Source of the DNA: an uncultured Actinomycetota bacterium
GTDB taxonomy: Bacteria > Actinomycetota > Actinomycetes > JAHEKZ01
Direction: 5' to 3'
DNA: 64,000 bases
NCBI GenBank assembly: GCA_963718235.1
Contig: CAVQYR010000002.1
Coordinates: 352,001 to 416,000, forward strand
This document shows, in pieces, positions 30,354 to 41,422 of this stretch. The first letter of the stretch is position 1. Each line of letters opens with the position of its first letter. A program made the translations under genes and the position numbers. Below the pieces are notes generated by a model, which was not told the origin of the DNA, ran no database searches, and saw nothing but the letters and a program-made list of their open reading frames with translations.

Positions 30354-31415
30354 TCAGTTCGTTGGCATCAGAATCGGACCCCCAACTGAAAGGGTCTCGC
30401 ACATCCGGGACGTTGGGTCACAGGCCAAGAAATCAGAGTCTGTGCTTACCAGCGCGATGTCGCCGTAGGACCACGCGACGTGGGGGTCCGTGCTCTTCGA
30501 TATCCGCCAAAGTTCGGCGTTCTTGGTGTTAACGATTACCGCAAGGTGCTCTTCCCCGGGCTCGACCCCCAGAACATAGGCACCGCTGAAGCTCGGCCGC
30601 CCGACTTCAAGGTCGGCATACGCTTCCCCAGCCCGACCTGGCACTCCCAGCACGAAGGGCAACCCGGGATTGGGACCTGGCACATCCTCTTGCAAGTTTG
30701 TCGAGGTCTTCCCGGTCGCCACGTCGTGGCTATGGGTCCTGTCTCCCGACGGCCCGCCTGCCCAGACGACGCGCACGTCGGAGACACGCAGGAAGCGGTT
30801 ACCCTGGAAGTGCTCAGCGCAGAGGAAGTTGCAGTCGGCGACAGCCTGCGATTGCGTGGTTCGTGAGACTTCACGGCCCTCGGCGGTGTCGTAGATGACT
30901 AACTCGGATCCTTCGAACCAAGCAGCGATGTCGCCGTTCGGGTCTGCTCCGGGGCCTTCCCATGAGTTGTGTCCCACGATGCGGGGGTCGCCGCCCCAGG
31001 GGTGGAACCAGACATCGCCTGTAGCGGGGTCGGAGTACACCGCGCCGGTACGCACCAGCGCCAGTGCACCATCCACGCCAAGCTCGTCCGATTGGCGCAG
31101 CTCTACTGGGGTTTGTTCCACCAGGTCGCCGCGGTGGAGGCCAGCGTCGTCGTACCAGACCGGCACAGCACCGATCTCGAGCCCGGGTGCCGGCTTCATC
31201 GGCTGCGGTGTCGAATCTGCAGTTAGCGTGTTCTGCGCGACCAAGACTGCGAACGCAGCGACCACCACAGCAGCAGCCAGTGTCAGGGTGCGGTTGCGCC
31301 GCTGTGACCGGCGACGGTCCATCAAGGTGCCGTAGTCGAGCACCACATCCGTGGACGTCTCAAAGATCGCCACCGTCTGTTGACCCGCGGCACGGGCACG
31401 CTCCTCAACGCTCAC
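30354..31415 (-). CDS. single-TM protein with large extracellular domain, putative anti-sigma/sensor of the adjacent ECF
   Basis: Short N-terminus, Arg-rich segment, TM helix; overlaps the end of the sigma gene. Confidence 0.7.
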   Translation of the reverse strand: MSVEERARAAGQQTVAIFETSTDVVLDYGTLMDRRRSQRRNRTLTLAAAVVVAAFAVLVAQNTLTADSTPQPMKPAPGLEIGAVPVWYDDAGLHRGDLVEQTPVELRQSDELGVDGALALVRTGAVYSDPATGDVWFHPWGGDPRIVGHNSWEGPGADPNGDIAAWFEGSELVIYDTAEGREVSRTTQSQAVADCNFLCAEHFQGNRFLRVSDVRVVWAGGPSGDRTHSHDVATGKTSTNLQEDVPGPNPGLPFVLGVPGRAGEAYADLEVGRPSFSGAYVLGVEPGEEHLAVIVNTKNAELWRISKSTDPHVAWSYGDIALVSTDSDFLACDPTSRMCETLSVGGPILMPTN

Positions 31416-32028
31416 TGCTCTGGCCCCTCTCGCTGAGAGTCTCAGCCAGGCTCGCCCGAGCCCGTGACAGATGGGTCTTGGTCGTTCCCTGACTCATCTC
31501 CAATGTCAATGCCACATCAGTGACCGAGAGGTCGTACAGGTAGTGCAGCGCAACCACCTGTGCCTGCCTCCGCGGCAGCGTCCGCACCGCCGACCAGAAC
31601 TCCTCATCAGTCGGCTCCGGCATCGCATGTTCGTGGCGGCGGCCGCGCAGCCGGAGCAGCGCACGTGCCTCAGCCGTCCGGCGCCGCAACTGTGACGTCG
31701 CGATGTTGGCGCACACCCGGCGCACCCACATCGCCGGATCAGTCATCTGGCCGACTTCACGCCACCGCCGATACGCCACCAACATGGCGTCTTGCGCGTG
31801 ATCCTCAGACCCTTCGGGACCGGCCAAAACCCGCGCCAACGCAGCAACCCGCGGGTATTCACGCGCATAGAAGACTTCGAACGACTCGGCCTCACGGATC
31901 CTGGCTGAGCGCCAAGACGAGATCTCAGCAGACGACACAACGTCGGCATCGATACCCTCTCCGGCAGTGCTCACATCCCACTCTCGCTTCAGCCACACCC
32001 CTGGGTTGACATGATCGACAACAATCAT
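31405..32028 (-). CDS. ECF RNA polymerase sigma factor
   Basis: FEVFY...EDHAQDA...WVRRV..N region 2; LPRRQAQVVALHY...GTTKTHLSRAR region 4; start may be GTG 31974. Confidence 0.9.
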   Translation of the reverse strand: MIVVDHVNPGVWLKREWDVSTAGEGIDADVVSSAEISSWRSARIREAESFEVFYAREYPRVAALARVLAGPEGSEDHAQDAMLVAYRRWREVGQMTDPAMWVRRVCANIATSQLRRRTAEARALLRLRGRRHEHAMPEPTDEEFWSAVRTLPRRQAQVVALHYLYDLSVTDVALTLEMSQGTTKTHLSRARASLAETLSERGQSSER

Positions 32029-32336
32029 GGTGGAGGACGCAGCGAGTTTGGGTGGCGATCACGCCCAAAACGACATCTGACCCCAAGGAAACGGATAGCG
32101 CGTCAGCACAAGGACGGTCGCGGGTCGCCCGCGCCATGCAGTGAGCTTCTCTCCTGCATGCGGGTGGTGCTGCCCCAACCGCTGCGATGGTCATTCTCCG
32201 CTTCGCGAAAGGTCCGTTTGGTACACAGCAAAGCTCGGCCCGCGACGCCGTGTCATCCTGCTGACCCTCCGAAAGCGTGTTAGGTGCAAGGCTGACTCCC
32301 GAGCCTCACTACGGAGCAGGGGAACCGGAGGCGACT

Positions 32337-32951
32337 GTGGACGACTGGTCGCGCAGGAGCAGGACGGACCGTCTCGCCGTGGCCACCGCGGCGGTTGACG
32401 AGGTCGCGTCCGGTCCGGAGCACGAGTCGGTACGCGACCGTGGCGGGCATCGTGACGACGACTCCCTCAGCTTCGGCACGTTCTACGAACGCGAGATGCC
32501 GCGGCTCGTCGCGCTCGCCCAGGCGCTGGCCGGGCCTTCGGTCGCCGACGACCTTGCGCAAGACGCGATGATCATCGCCTATCGGCGGTGGCGCGAGATC
32601 AGCACGTACGACGATCCCCGGACGTGGGTACGACGCGTCTGCGCGAACGCCGCTGTCTCCCTGCTTCGGCGGCGCGCTGCGGAGGCACGAGCGCTGGTCC
32701 GACTGAGCGCCCGGACGAGCGCGGTTTCCCAGATCGACTTGGACGAACCGGCTGCGAGGTTCTGGGCCCACGTGCGGCAACTTCCCCGACGCCAGGCTCA
32801 GGCAATCGCCCTTCGCTACATCTACGACCTCGAAGTCGCCGACATCGCGGAGACGATGGGCTGCTCGGTCGGCACTGTGAAGGTCCACCTGAGTCGCGCT
32901 CGCAGCACGCTAGCGAGTCGTCTCTCCATGAGTGAGGAGGACCAGGCATGA
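32337..32951 (+). CDS. ECF RNA polymerase sigma factor (paralogue of 31405-32028)
   Basis: DDLAQDAM...WVRRVCAN...LPRRQAQAIALRY...GTVKVHLSRAR; GGAGG before GTG 32337. Confidence 0.9.
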   Translation: MDDWSRRSRTDRLAVATAAVDEVASGPEHESVRDRGGHRDDDSLSFGTFYEREMPRLVALAQALAGPSVADDLAQDAMIIAYRRWREISTYDDPRTWVRRVCANAAVSLLRRRAAEARALVRLSARTSAVSQIDLDEPAARFWAHVRQLPRRQAQAIALRYIYDLEVADIAETMGCSVGTVKVHLSRARSTLASRLSMSEEDQA

Positions 32952-34103
32952 GCCTCGACGAGCTGGCCAGGACGTCCACCGCGGCGTTGCTGGACGCAAC
33001 GGCGGCACGCACCGACACCGCGGCTGGCCAGGTTGCACTACGCCGCACCATGCGTCGTCGCCGCGTCGTGTCGATGGCCCTCGCGGCCGCTGGCACGGCG
33101 GCCGTCGTGGTCTTCGGATCACTGGTCCTCGTTCAGCCGACCCGTCAGTCACTGCCGCAACCGGCAGGGCCACCGGCGGACGGTCCTGGGCTGACCGCCC
33201 CGCTGGTCGCACCGACGTCGCTGCTGGACGTGCACGCTCTCGGTTTCCACGTCACACCTCTTCCCGGGTTCGACCCCAGCGGCCTGGGTGCCGGTTGGGG
33301 GCATCGACGGCGAGGGCCAGAGCGTGACGCTGCGGTGGGCCGATGTCGCCGACGTGGTGGAGGTCCACGTCGGGTACCAAGGGGCACCGGCTCCCGAACC
33401 GGGCCAGGAGTTCACCGATTGGTACCCAACAGCGGAAAAGCAAGTGACGATCCACGGGGCAGTGGGCCACTATTACGACGAGTTCGGCATCTACGGCCTC
33501 GGCGACAGTTACCGGGCACTGCTGACCTGGGAGTACGCGCCGGACTCGTGGGCCTCCGTGTCCGCTCACTCCGACCGGATGAGCCCGGGACCGGAGCGGC
33601 TGCGGTCGGCCCTGGTACAGGTCGCCGACGCGGTCCGGGCCGGTGGTGAGCCCGTGCAGGTGCCGATCCGCGCCGGCGCCTTCCCTCCATCCCTGCCCGC
33701 CGCATCGACCGTGAGCATGAGCTTTGGCATCGACGGGTGGGAGCCTGCCCTGGACTTCGGCCCACACCTCAGGTTCAGCGTCGGCCGCGTCGAAGTCCCG
33801 CAGGCGTGCCGGGGCTACGGCGGCTTTGTCGAGACCTTCACGTACCAGGGCCAAGCAGGGTGCCTGAACGGGTACGGCACGCCCGACGCACCGGGGACCG
33901 GCAGCGTCTACAGCAACTTCAACGCCGTCAGCCTGCAAGCCGGACACCTGGTCCGAACACTCGAGATCGTATCCAGCGACGACAGTTCTGCCCCCGAGAA
34001 TCAACTCGCAGACCTGAAGCAGGCCGTCGCAGGCCTCACCGTGGCACCTCTGGACGACCAGTCGACCTGGTTCGACCTGACGACCGCACTCGGCGGGAGT
34101 TAG
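32948..34103 (+). CDS. single-TM putative anti-sigma/sensor, frameshift in G5 run at 33297-33301
   Basis: ATGA-coupled to the sigma gene; Arg-rich + TM in 32948 frame, continuation (GIDGEGQSV...) in 33288-34103 frame. Confidence 0.65.
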
Positions 34104-34217
34104 GCGGGCGGGAGCAGCGGAGGCAGCGACCTTGCTCGGAACGTGATACCTAATGCCGGATATGGATCGGGGAGGTTCGACGGACCACGTCGGTGACGGG
34201 CCATCGGCCCGGATGAG

Positions 34218-35888
34218 TCACTCGTTCCGAAGCGCGTCGATGCGCGACAACAGCGCCTGGGTGGCCGGGTCGCCCCGGTAGGAAGCCGGGTCGGCGAGGG
34301 CGGGAACCAAGCCGCTGGCCATCTGCTTGCCTAGCTCGACCCCCCACTGGTCGAACGAGTCGATCCTCCAGACGACGCCTTCGGTGAACACCGTGTGCTC
34401 GTACAGAGCGACCAGCTGCCCGAGCACCCGCGGGGTCAGCTGCGGCGCCAGGATCACCGTGCTGGGGCGGTTGCCGGGCATCGTTCGATGCGGCACGAGG
34501 GCCGGTGGTACGTCGTGGGCGGCAAGGTCCTCGGCTCGCCGTCCGAAGGCCAAGGCCGCCGGCTGGGCCATGAAGTTGGCCAGCAGCAGTGAGTGCATGT
34601 CCCCGAGGTCGCGGCCCGGCTGGGGGTTGGCGAACCCGATGAAGTCACACGGCACCAGAACAGTTCCCTGGTGCAGCAGCTGGAAGAAGGCGTGCTGCCC
34701 GTCGGTGCCCGGTTCGCCCCAGACGACGCCTCCGGTCTGCCAGCGGACGGGTTCGCCGGCTGTGGTCACCGACTTGCCGTTGCTCTCCATGACCAGCTGC
34801 TGCAGGTAGGCGGGGAACCTCCCCAGTGCCTGGCTGTAGGGCAGAACTGCCTTGGTCTGGGCGCCGAAGTAGTTGCGGTACCACACCGAGAACAGCCCGA
34901 GCATGGCGACGGCGTTGCGTTCGTACGGGGTCTCGGCGAAGTGGGTGTCGACGGCGTGGAAGCCGTGGAGCATCTCGGCGAAGCGCCGGGGGCCGATCGC
35001 CAGCATCAGGGACAGACCCACCGCGCTGTCCACGGAGTACCGGCCGCCGACCCAGTCCCAGAAGCCGAACATGCTGGCCCGGTCGATCCCGAAGGACGAG
35101 ACGAGGTCGGCGGCGGTCGACACGGCGACGAAGTGCGAGGCAACGGCGGTCTCGCCGAGGGCAGCCACGAGCCAGGCCCGGGCTTGTGTCGCGTTGGCCA
35201 GGGTCTCTGACGTGGTGAACGTCTTGGACACGATGACGAAGAGCGTGCTGGCGGGGTCGGACTCGGCCAGGACCTGGCTGAGTGCCCCTGGGTCGACGTT
35301 GGCCACGAAGCGCAGCTGCAGGTCAGGGTGCGCGTAGGCGTCGAGCGCCTGCACGGCCATCCGTGGCCCGAGGTCGGACCCGCCGATCCCGATGTTGACC
35401 ACGGTCCTGATCGGGCTGCCGGTGGCGCCGCGCCAGCGACCCTCCCGGACGTCTTCGGCGAACGACGCCATGGCGTCCAGCACCGCGTGGACCTCGGAGG
35501 TGACGTCACTCCCGTCGACCTGTAGAGACTCAGCGCGGGGCAGCCGCAGGGCCGTGTGCAAGGCGGCCCGCCCTTCGCTGACGTTGACCGGTGCACCGGC
35601 GAACAGGTCCTGCGTCCGTTCGCGCAGTCCCACGCGTTCGGCAAGCGACGCGAGTAGCTGCATCGTGTGGGGAGTGGCCCGGTTCCGCGAGAAGTCGATG
35701 GTGAGATCGGCCACCTGCAACGTCATGGACGCTGTGCGGTCGGGGTCCTCGGCGAACAACGCGCGCAGGTGGGTGGCCGCGATCTCGGAGTGGTGCGCCC
35801 GCAGCGCCTCACCCTCGGCCGTGGTGAACGCGTTGGCGGGACGGTCGGACGAAGAGGACCCGGTGGCTCGGCCGACGCTGCTGCTCAC
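34218..35888 (-). CDS. pgi: glucose-6-phosphate isomerase
   Basis: [42 protein letters not shown]. Confidence 0.97.
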   Translation of the reverse strand: MSSSVGRATGSSSSDRPANAFTTAEGEALRAHHSEIAATHLRALFAEDPDRTASMTLQVADLTIDFSRNRATPHTMQLLASLAERVGLRERTQDLFAGAPVNVSEGRAALHTALRLPRAESLQVDGSDVTSEVHAVLDAMASFAEDVREGRWRGATGSPIRTVVNIGIGGSDLGPRMAVQALDAYAHPDLQLRFVANVDPGALSQVLAESDPASTLFVIVSKTFTTSETLANATQARAWLVAALGETAVASHFVAVSTAADLVSSFGIDRASMFGFWDWVGGRYSVDSAVGLSLMLAIGPRRFAEMLHGFHAVDTHFAETPYERNAVAMLGLFSVWYRNYFGAQTKAVLPYSQALGRFPAYLQQLVMESNGKSVTTAGEPVRWQTGGVVWGEPGTDGQHAFFQLLHQGTVLVPCDFIGFANPQPGRDLGDMHSLLLANFMAQPAALAFGRRAEDLAAHDVPPALVPHRTMPGNRPSTVILAPQLTPRVLGQLVALYEHTVFTEGVVWRIDSFDQWGVELGKQMASGLVPALADPASYRGDPATQALLSRIDALRNE

Positions 35889-35926
35889 AGGGCGACCCTA
35901 GTGAATGCGAGGGCCGTGGCGCCGCC

Positions 35927-36739
35927 TCAGTTGAGCCGGGCGCGCGCGCTGCGCGCCAGTCGACGCACCTCGTCGGCCTCGGCTGGGTCGGCCGGCGCCA
36001 CGAGGTCGGCGTACTCCTCCAGCGCCGTAGCTCCCTCGACGAACCCACCGAGCTGGACCATGACCGTCCCGTGCTCCTTGCGAAGGGAGAGGGGGTGGCG
36101 GGGCAGGTCGAGGTTCCGCTCGATCGCCCACCGGCGAACGGGCAGGCGTTCGGGCCGGTCGGCCCAGCGCCTCACGTTGGCCAGGATCCGCTGCAGGATC
36201 TCTACCGCCTCCCAGGGCCGCAGAGCGGTCGGCTCGGGCGCGGCACCGGTGGCCCGCTCGACGAGCTCCACGACGTCGACCGGTCGCAGGAGTCGCCCGC
36301 CGGCGAACGGGTCGACGACCTGGTGGTACCCGTCCGGGTCGCCGAGGCCGACCACGAAGTGGCCCGGCAGCCCGATCCCGTACGCGGGGATCGAGACCCG
36401 GCGGGCGACCTCCAGCCAGACCACGCTGAGCAGGATGGGCAGCCCTCGCTGACGGTCGAGCACGTCAGGGAGCAGGCTGGCCCGAAGGTCGCGGTAGTCG
36501 CTGGCGTCGCCGCTGAAGTGCCCGAGCGCCCGTCGCAGCCGCGAGGACGCCTCCCCGGACTCCGGCACCCGCGCCGCGAGGTCGTCCAGCGCGGCGAGGC
36601 CTCGTACGACCGTCTGCTGCGCGACCCCGGTCCGGCCGTTCGTGCTGGACAGGTCCGCGGCGAGCAAGAGGCAGGCCAGCCCGAGGTCCGGTCGCTCGCC
36701 GCGGACGGCGTCGCGGAAGGCTGCGCTCTCGCTGCTCAT
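35927..36739 (-). CDS. SirB1-like / transglutaminase-like (Transglut_core2) protein
   Basis: SLLPDVLDRQRGLPILLS...GIGLPGHF...DPF motif. Confidence 0.85.
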   Translation of the reverse strand: MSSESAAFRDAVRGERPDLGLACLLLAADLSSTNGRTGVAQQTVVRGLAALDDLAARVPESGEASSRLRRALGHFSGDASDYRDLRASLLPDVLDRQRGLPILLSVVWLEVARRVSIPAYGIGLPGHFVVGLGDPDGYHQVVDPFAGGRLLRPVDVVELVERATGAAPEPTALRPWEAVEILQRILANVRRWADRPERLPVRRWAIERNLDLPRHPLSLRKEHGTVMVQLGGFVEGATALEEYADLVAPADPAEADEVRRLARSARARLN

Positions 36740-37737
36740 CGCGGAGGGTCGTACAGCCGGCGGTAGTGGTAGCGGTGGTGGTCCACGAACCCGAGCTGTG
36801 CGTAGAGGGCCCGCGCCGCGACGTTGTCCTCGGCGACCTGGAGGTAGGCGAAGCGCGCGCCGTGGCGCTGGGCGTGGCCCAGGAGCCCGAGCACGACGTG
36901 GCGGCCCAGCCCGCGTCTGCGGAAGGCCTCGGCCACGTCGACCGCCGTGATCCCGAGCCAGCTCGGCGTCAGTGCACCGCGCGCGATCGCCACGGGGGTG
37001 GGCGGGTCATCGGGGACCGTCACCAAGGCGAACACTGGGTGCTCGGCCCGGGTGAGGACCTCCTGCGCTCCGGTCGGCAGCGGGGCACCCGCATAGCGGT
37101 ACACCGACGTCCAGTCGCGGCTGGGGTGATCGGAGAACGTGACCGTGGGCAGGGTGCCGCTGGGCTCGTGCCCGATGAGCGCGGCCGCGATGTCGACCAC
37201 CTGGACGAGCACCGGGGACTCGGCCACCCAGCCGGCAGCGGCGAGCCGATCGTCCAGCGTCTGCGCCCACGGAAGGGCAACCTGCACCGTCGGGACCAGC
37301 CGCCGCGCGCGGTACCACTGGGCGACCTGCTCGAGCGCCGTCGGCCAGTCGCAGCCCGGGTCGGCCAGCGCCAGGGTCGAGTTGGCCCGCCCGGTGAAAC
37401 CGTTCGCAGCACGAAGGACCCAGCCCCCCAGCTGCTCGGACTCCAGCGGTTGCCACCCTTCGGCCGCGATCCGCTCGAGTGTGGCCGGGTCGACGTCGAC
37501 CGCTCGGCGCAGTCGGGTCGGCGTGTCGGGGACGGTCCGCGCCGCCACCACGGAACCGGGGGTGATCGTCACCTCCGAACCGTCGCGCCTGCGGACCCGC
37601 CAGACCAGGTCGTCCAGGGCGACCAGCGTGCCCACGACGTCGCGGAACCGGGGCCGGCCGTCGGGTTCGACGACGTCCGGTGCGTGGACCCGGACCGACA
37701 CCCGGGACCCCACGTCGGCCGGTCCGAAGTGAGGCAC
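36736..37737 (-). CDS. GNAT family acetyltransferase
   Basis: GFTGRANS, RRRGLG, AYLQV..DN..ARALY..LGF; conserved position divergent from fdxA. Confidence 0.88.
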   Translation of the reverse strand: MPHFGPADVGSRVSVRVHAPDVVEPDGRPRFRDVVGTLVALDDLVWRVRRRDGSEVTITPGSVVAARTVPDTPTRLRRAVDVDPATLERIAAEGWQPLESEQLGGWVLRAANGFTGRANSTLALADPGCDWPTALEQVAQWYRARRLVPTVQVALPWAQTLDDRLAAAGWVAESPVLVQVVDIAAALIGHEPSGTLPTVTFSDHPSRDWTSVYRYAGAPLPTGAQEVLTRAEHPVFALVTVPDDPPTPVAIARGALTPSWLGITAVDVAEAFRRRGLGRHVVLGLLGHAQRHGARFAYLQVAEDNVAARALYAQLGFVDHHRYHYRRLYDPPR

Positions 37738-37807
37738 GCCTACCCCCGTTCGGTGATCCGACGCCAACATCCGTGATACTAGGTGGGCCAAAGTCCAGGA
37801 GGAGATC

Positions 37808-38134
37808 GTGACCTACGTCATCGCTCAGCCGTGCGTCGACATCCTCGACAAGGGGTGCGTCGAGGAGTGCCCGGTCGACTGCATCTACGAGGGCGGACGG
37901 ATGCTCTACATCCAGCCCGACGAGTGCGTCGACTGCGGAGCCTGCGAGCCGGTGTGCCCGGTCGAGGCGATCTTCTACGAGGACGACCTTCCCGAGCAGT
38001 GGAAGGACTTCTACAAGGCCAACGTCGAGTTCTTCGACGACCTCGGCTCCCCCGGCGGCGCCGCCAAGACCGGCAAGATCGAGAAGGACCACCCCGTCGT
38101 CATGGCCGTGCCGCCGCAGGGTGGCGACCACTGA
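37808..38134 (+). CDS. fdxA: 7Fe ferredoxin
   Basis: MTYVIAQPCVD...CPVDCIY...CVDCGACEPVCP; AGGAG RBS. Confidence 0.97.
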   Translation: MTYVIAQPCVDILDKGCVEECPVDCIYEGGRMLYIQPDECVDCGACEPVCPVEAIFYEDDLPEQWKDFYKANVEFFDDLGSPGGAAKTGKIEKDHPVVMAVPPQGGDH

Positions 38135-38136
38135 CG

Positions 38137-39228
38137 GTGCGTCCGCACCAGCTGCCCGTCTTCCCCTGGGACACCCTGGCGCCCTACGGCGACCGGGCGC
38201 GGGCCCATCCCGGTGGGCTCGTCGACCTGTCGATCGGCACGCCGGTCGACCCGGTGCCCGAGGTGGTGCAAGCAGCGCTGTGCGCCGCCTCCGACCGGCC
38301 CGGCTACCCGTCGACGCACGGAACCGGCGCCCTGCGCGAGGCGGCCGTGGGATGGCTTCGCCGCCGGCTGGGCGTCGTCGGCATCGACCGTGATGCCGTG
38401 CTGCCGGTGATCGGCAGCAAGGAGTTCGTGGCGTCGGCGCCGTCGCTGCTGGGCCTGGGGCCGTCGGACACGGTGGTGGTGCCCGAGCTGGCCTACCCGA
38501 CGTACGACGTGGGCGCTCGGCTGGCCGGAGCCAGTGTGGCGGTGAGTGACTCGCTCGTCGCCCTCGGACCCGCGGCCGTCTCGGTGGTCTGGGTCAACTC
38601 GCCGTCCAACCCGACCGGGCGGGTGCTGCCGGCCGAGCACCTGCGCAAGGTGGTCGCGTGGGCGCGTGAGCGTGGCGCCGTCGTCGTCAGCGACGAGTGC
38701 TACGTCGAGCTGGGGTGGGACGCCGCCCCCGTCTCGCTGCTGCACCCGGACGTGTGCGGGGGGTCGATGGACGGGCTGCTCGCCGTCCACTCGCTGTCCA
38801 AGCGGTCCAACCTCGCCGGCTACCGGGCGGGGTTCGTGACGGGCGACCCGACCCTGGTCGCCTCGATGCTGGAGGTGCGCAAGCACGCGGGGCTGATGAT
38901 GCCGGCCCCGGTGCAGGCCGCAATGACGGCAGCCCTCGACGACGATGACCACGTGCGGGTGCAGCGCTCGCTGTACCGGGCGCGACGCGAGCTCCTAGGG
39001 GCCGCGCTGGTCGAGGCCGGGTTCCGGATCGACCACAGTGAGGCGGGTCTGTACCTGTGGGCCACCCGGGGGGAGCCGTGCTGGGACACGGTGGCCTGGT
39101 TGGCCGACCGCGGCGTCCTGGTCGCGCCAGGGACGTTCTACGGCGTGGCCGGGGCCGAGCACGTGCGAGTGGCCCTGACCGCGACCGACCACTCGGTCGA
39201 GGCGGGCGCGCAGCGTCTGCTCAGCTGA
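38137..39228 (+). CDS. dapC: succinyldiaminopimelate transaminase
   Basis: LPVFPWD, DLSIGTPVDP, SDECY, SLSKRSNLAGYR; directly after fdxA. Confidence 0.93.
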   Translation: MRPHQLPVFPWDTLAPYGDRARAHPGGLVDLSIGTPVDPVPEVVQAALCAASDRPGYPSTHGTGALREAAVGWLRRRLGVVGIDRDAVLPVIGSKEFVASAPSLLGLGPSDTVVVPELAYPTYDVGARLAGASVAVSDSLVALGPAAVSVVWVNSPSNPTGRVLPAEHLRKVVAWARERGAVVVSDECYVELGWDAAPVSLLHPDVCGGSMDGLLAVHSLSKRSNLAGYRAGFVTGDPTLVASMLEVRKHAGLMMPAPVQAAMTAALDDDDHVRVQRSLYRARRELLGAALVEAGFRIDHSEAGLYLWATRGEPCWDTVAWLADRGVLVAPGTFYGVAGAEHVRVALTATDHSVEAGAQRLLS

Positions 39229-40216
39229 CCCCCTCGACGACGTCGACGTGCACGTGGTCGAGGTGGCGGTTGACCGGGTCCTTGGGGTTCCCGAAGGGTG
39301 ACGTGTAGGCACGCCAGCCCTCAGGAGAGCGGGCGGTGGACCAGATGTGGTCGTCGAAGATGACCACGGCCAGGTCGAGCTCGTCGGCGTGGGCGACCAG
39401 CCAGTGCGCGAGCACCCAGCCACTGCGGCGTTGGTCGGGGTCGTCGTACGGCCGGAAGAACACGTCGAGGGCGCGCCCGTCGTTGTGCGCGGAGGGGTTC
39501 GCGCGCTTGACGCCTCCTGGGGCGAACCCACCCATGGGCAGATCGCCGAACGATGCCGTGATGGCCCCGCGGAGCCGCTCGGCCCGCGGGGTCAGACCGC
39601 TGTCCTGCTCGCGCTGCACCGACACGGTCTCGGCGCGGACCGTGCAGGTGACCGAGGCAGCCTCGTCGCCGGTGAACGCCGCGGCGAGCACCTTCGCCTC
39701 GTCGGCGTGCTGCTGGTAGGCATCGGGGAAGGCGCTGCGCTGGACCGCCTGCGCCGCCTGGGTGACGGCCAGCTCCTGCCAGTTCGGCACCTGCACCAGG
39801 GCCTCGTAGAACCGGCTCGCGCTGTACTGGGGGTCGGTGATCTGCTCGAACGAGCCCCACCCCTGCGAGGGACGCTGCTGGAACAGCCCGGCGCTGTCGC
39901 GGTCGCCGTGAGGCAGGTTGAACAGGTCGGACTCCTGGTACGCCGTCGCGAGCGCCACGGTGACCGCCCGCTGGGGCAGGCCCCGGCGCACGGCCTCCAG
40001 GGTGATGGTCGAGGCATTGCCCGCCTGCTCGGGGGCCAAGGTGACCTGGTCGCCGTCGGCGCTCACGGTGCACTGCTCGCGACCGACCAGGGGACCGATG
40101 CCGCCGTTCCACCACACCAGCGCCGCGCCCACGACGCCGAGCACGGTCACCAGCGCGAGGGCGCTGACACCGAGTCCGAGCAGCCCGCGACGGCGGGGTG
40201 GGGCGCTTGTGGTCAC
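39221..40216 (-). CDS. secreted/membrane protein with lysozyme-like N-terminal part and HxxxxxxD...HxH (M15-like) C-terminal domain
   Basis: QES...DRDSAGLFQQRPSQGWG, AQAVQRSAFP; SAHNDGRALD...HLDHVHV. Confidence 0.7.
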   Translation of the reverse strand: MTTSAPPRRRGLLGLGVSALALVTVLGVVGAALVWWNGGIGPLVGREQCTVSADGDQVTLAPEQAGNASTITLEAVRRGLPQRAVTVALATAYQESDLFNLPHGDRDSAGLFQQRPSQGWGSFEQITDPQYSASRFYEALVQVPNWQELAVTQAAQAVQRSAFPDAYQQHADEAKVLAAAFTGDEAASVTCTVRAETVSVQREQDSGLTPRAERLRGAITASFGDLPMGGFAPGGVKRANPSAHNDGRALDVFFRPYDDPDQRRSGWVLAHWLVAHADELDLAVVIFDDHIWSTARSPEGWRAYTSPFGNPKDPVNRHLDHVHVDVVEGVS

Positions 40217-40385
40217 CCAAGAAGTGTGCGGGAGGGCGGGCGCCGTCCCCAAATCGACGGCGCGCCGGAGCCTTTGCTGGTCTTCGCGTGGCTTTGCTGG
40301 CCGTGGGCCACCCGCAAAGCGTGCCGGCGACCAGCAAACCTGATCGTGGGCCCTGCTCGTGGGCCTGACCGTGGGTGCGGCGGGG

Positions 40386-41405
40386 TCAGGTGTTGGCGTG
40401 CAGGGCGGCGTCGAACGCGCCCCACGTGGTCGACCGGGCCACCACCTCGACCGCGCCGGTGGTCGAGTTGCGGCGGAACAGCAGTCCGGCGCGCCCGGAC
40501 AGGTCGCGGGCCTTCACGACCCCGCCGTCCGGGGTGGCCACCTTGGTGCCCGCCGTGACGTACAGCCCGGCCTCGACGACGCAGTCGTCGCCGAGCGAGA
40601 TGCCCACACCTGCGTTGGCCCCGACGAGGCAGCGCCGGCCGATCGAGATGACCTGGGTCCCGCCACCGGACAGGGTGCCCATGATCGAGGCTCCGCCCCC
40701 GATGTCGGAGCCGTCGGCGACCACCACTCCGGCACTGATCCGACCCTCGACCATCGAGGCACCGAGGGTGCCGGCATTGAAGTTGACGAATCCCTCGTGC
40801 ATCACCGTGGTGCCCTCGGCCAGGTGCGCACCGAGGCGCACGCGGTCGGCGTCGGCGATCCGCACGCCCGTGGGGACGACGTAGTCGACCATCCGCGGGA
40901 ACTTGTCGACCCCGTGGACCGTGACCGGGCCGCGCGCCCGGAGGCGCATCCGTACCGTCTCGAAGGAGTCGACCGCGCAGGGCCCGTGGTTCGTCCAGAC
41001 GACGTTGCTCAACAGCCCGAAGAGACCGTCCAGGTTGACCTGGCGCGGCTGCACCAGTCGGTGGGACAGCAGGTGCAGCCGCAGGTACACGTCGTACGCG
41101 TCGACTGGGGGAGCGTCGAGGTCCGGCAGCCGCACCGCCACCAGGTGCTGGGTCACCGCGCGGGCGGGGTCGGGACCCAGGGGCAGTGGCCCCGATGTCT
41201 CGAAGAGCTCGTCGGCGTGACTCGCCCGCAGGACGTGGGTGCCCGTGGAGTCCAGGCCGAGCCGATCTCCGAGCGCTTGGTCCCAGCCGAGGCCGACCCT
41301 GGGGAACCAGACGTCGAGCACCCGGCCGGCGTCGCCGGCTCCGTCGGTCAGGGTCGCGATGCCGAAACCGTGCGCGGCTCGGGGCGTCGAGGTCGGAGAA
41401 GTCAC
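40386..41405 (-). CDS. dapD: tetrahydrodipicolinate N-succinyltransferase
   Basis: [44 protein letters not shown]. Confidence 0.95.
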   Translation of the reverse strand: MTSPTSTPRAAHGFGIATLTDGAGDAGRVLDVWFPRVGLGWDQALGDRLGLDSTGTHVLRASHADELFETSGPLPLGPDPARAVTQHLVAVRLPDLDAPPVDAYDVYLRLHLLSHRLVQPRQVNLDGLFGLLSNVVWTNHGPCAVDSFETVRMRLRARGPVTVHGVDKFPRMVDYVVPTGVRIADADRVRLGAHLAEGTTVMHEGFVNFNAGTLGASMVEGRISAGVVVADGSDIGGGASIMGTLSGGGTQVISIGRRCLVGANAGVGISLGDDCVVEAGLYVTAGTKVATPDGGVVKARDLSGRAGLLFRRNSTTGAVEVVARSTTWGAFDAALHANT

Positions 41406-41422
41406 CCGGCTACGGTACCGAC

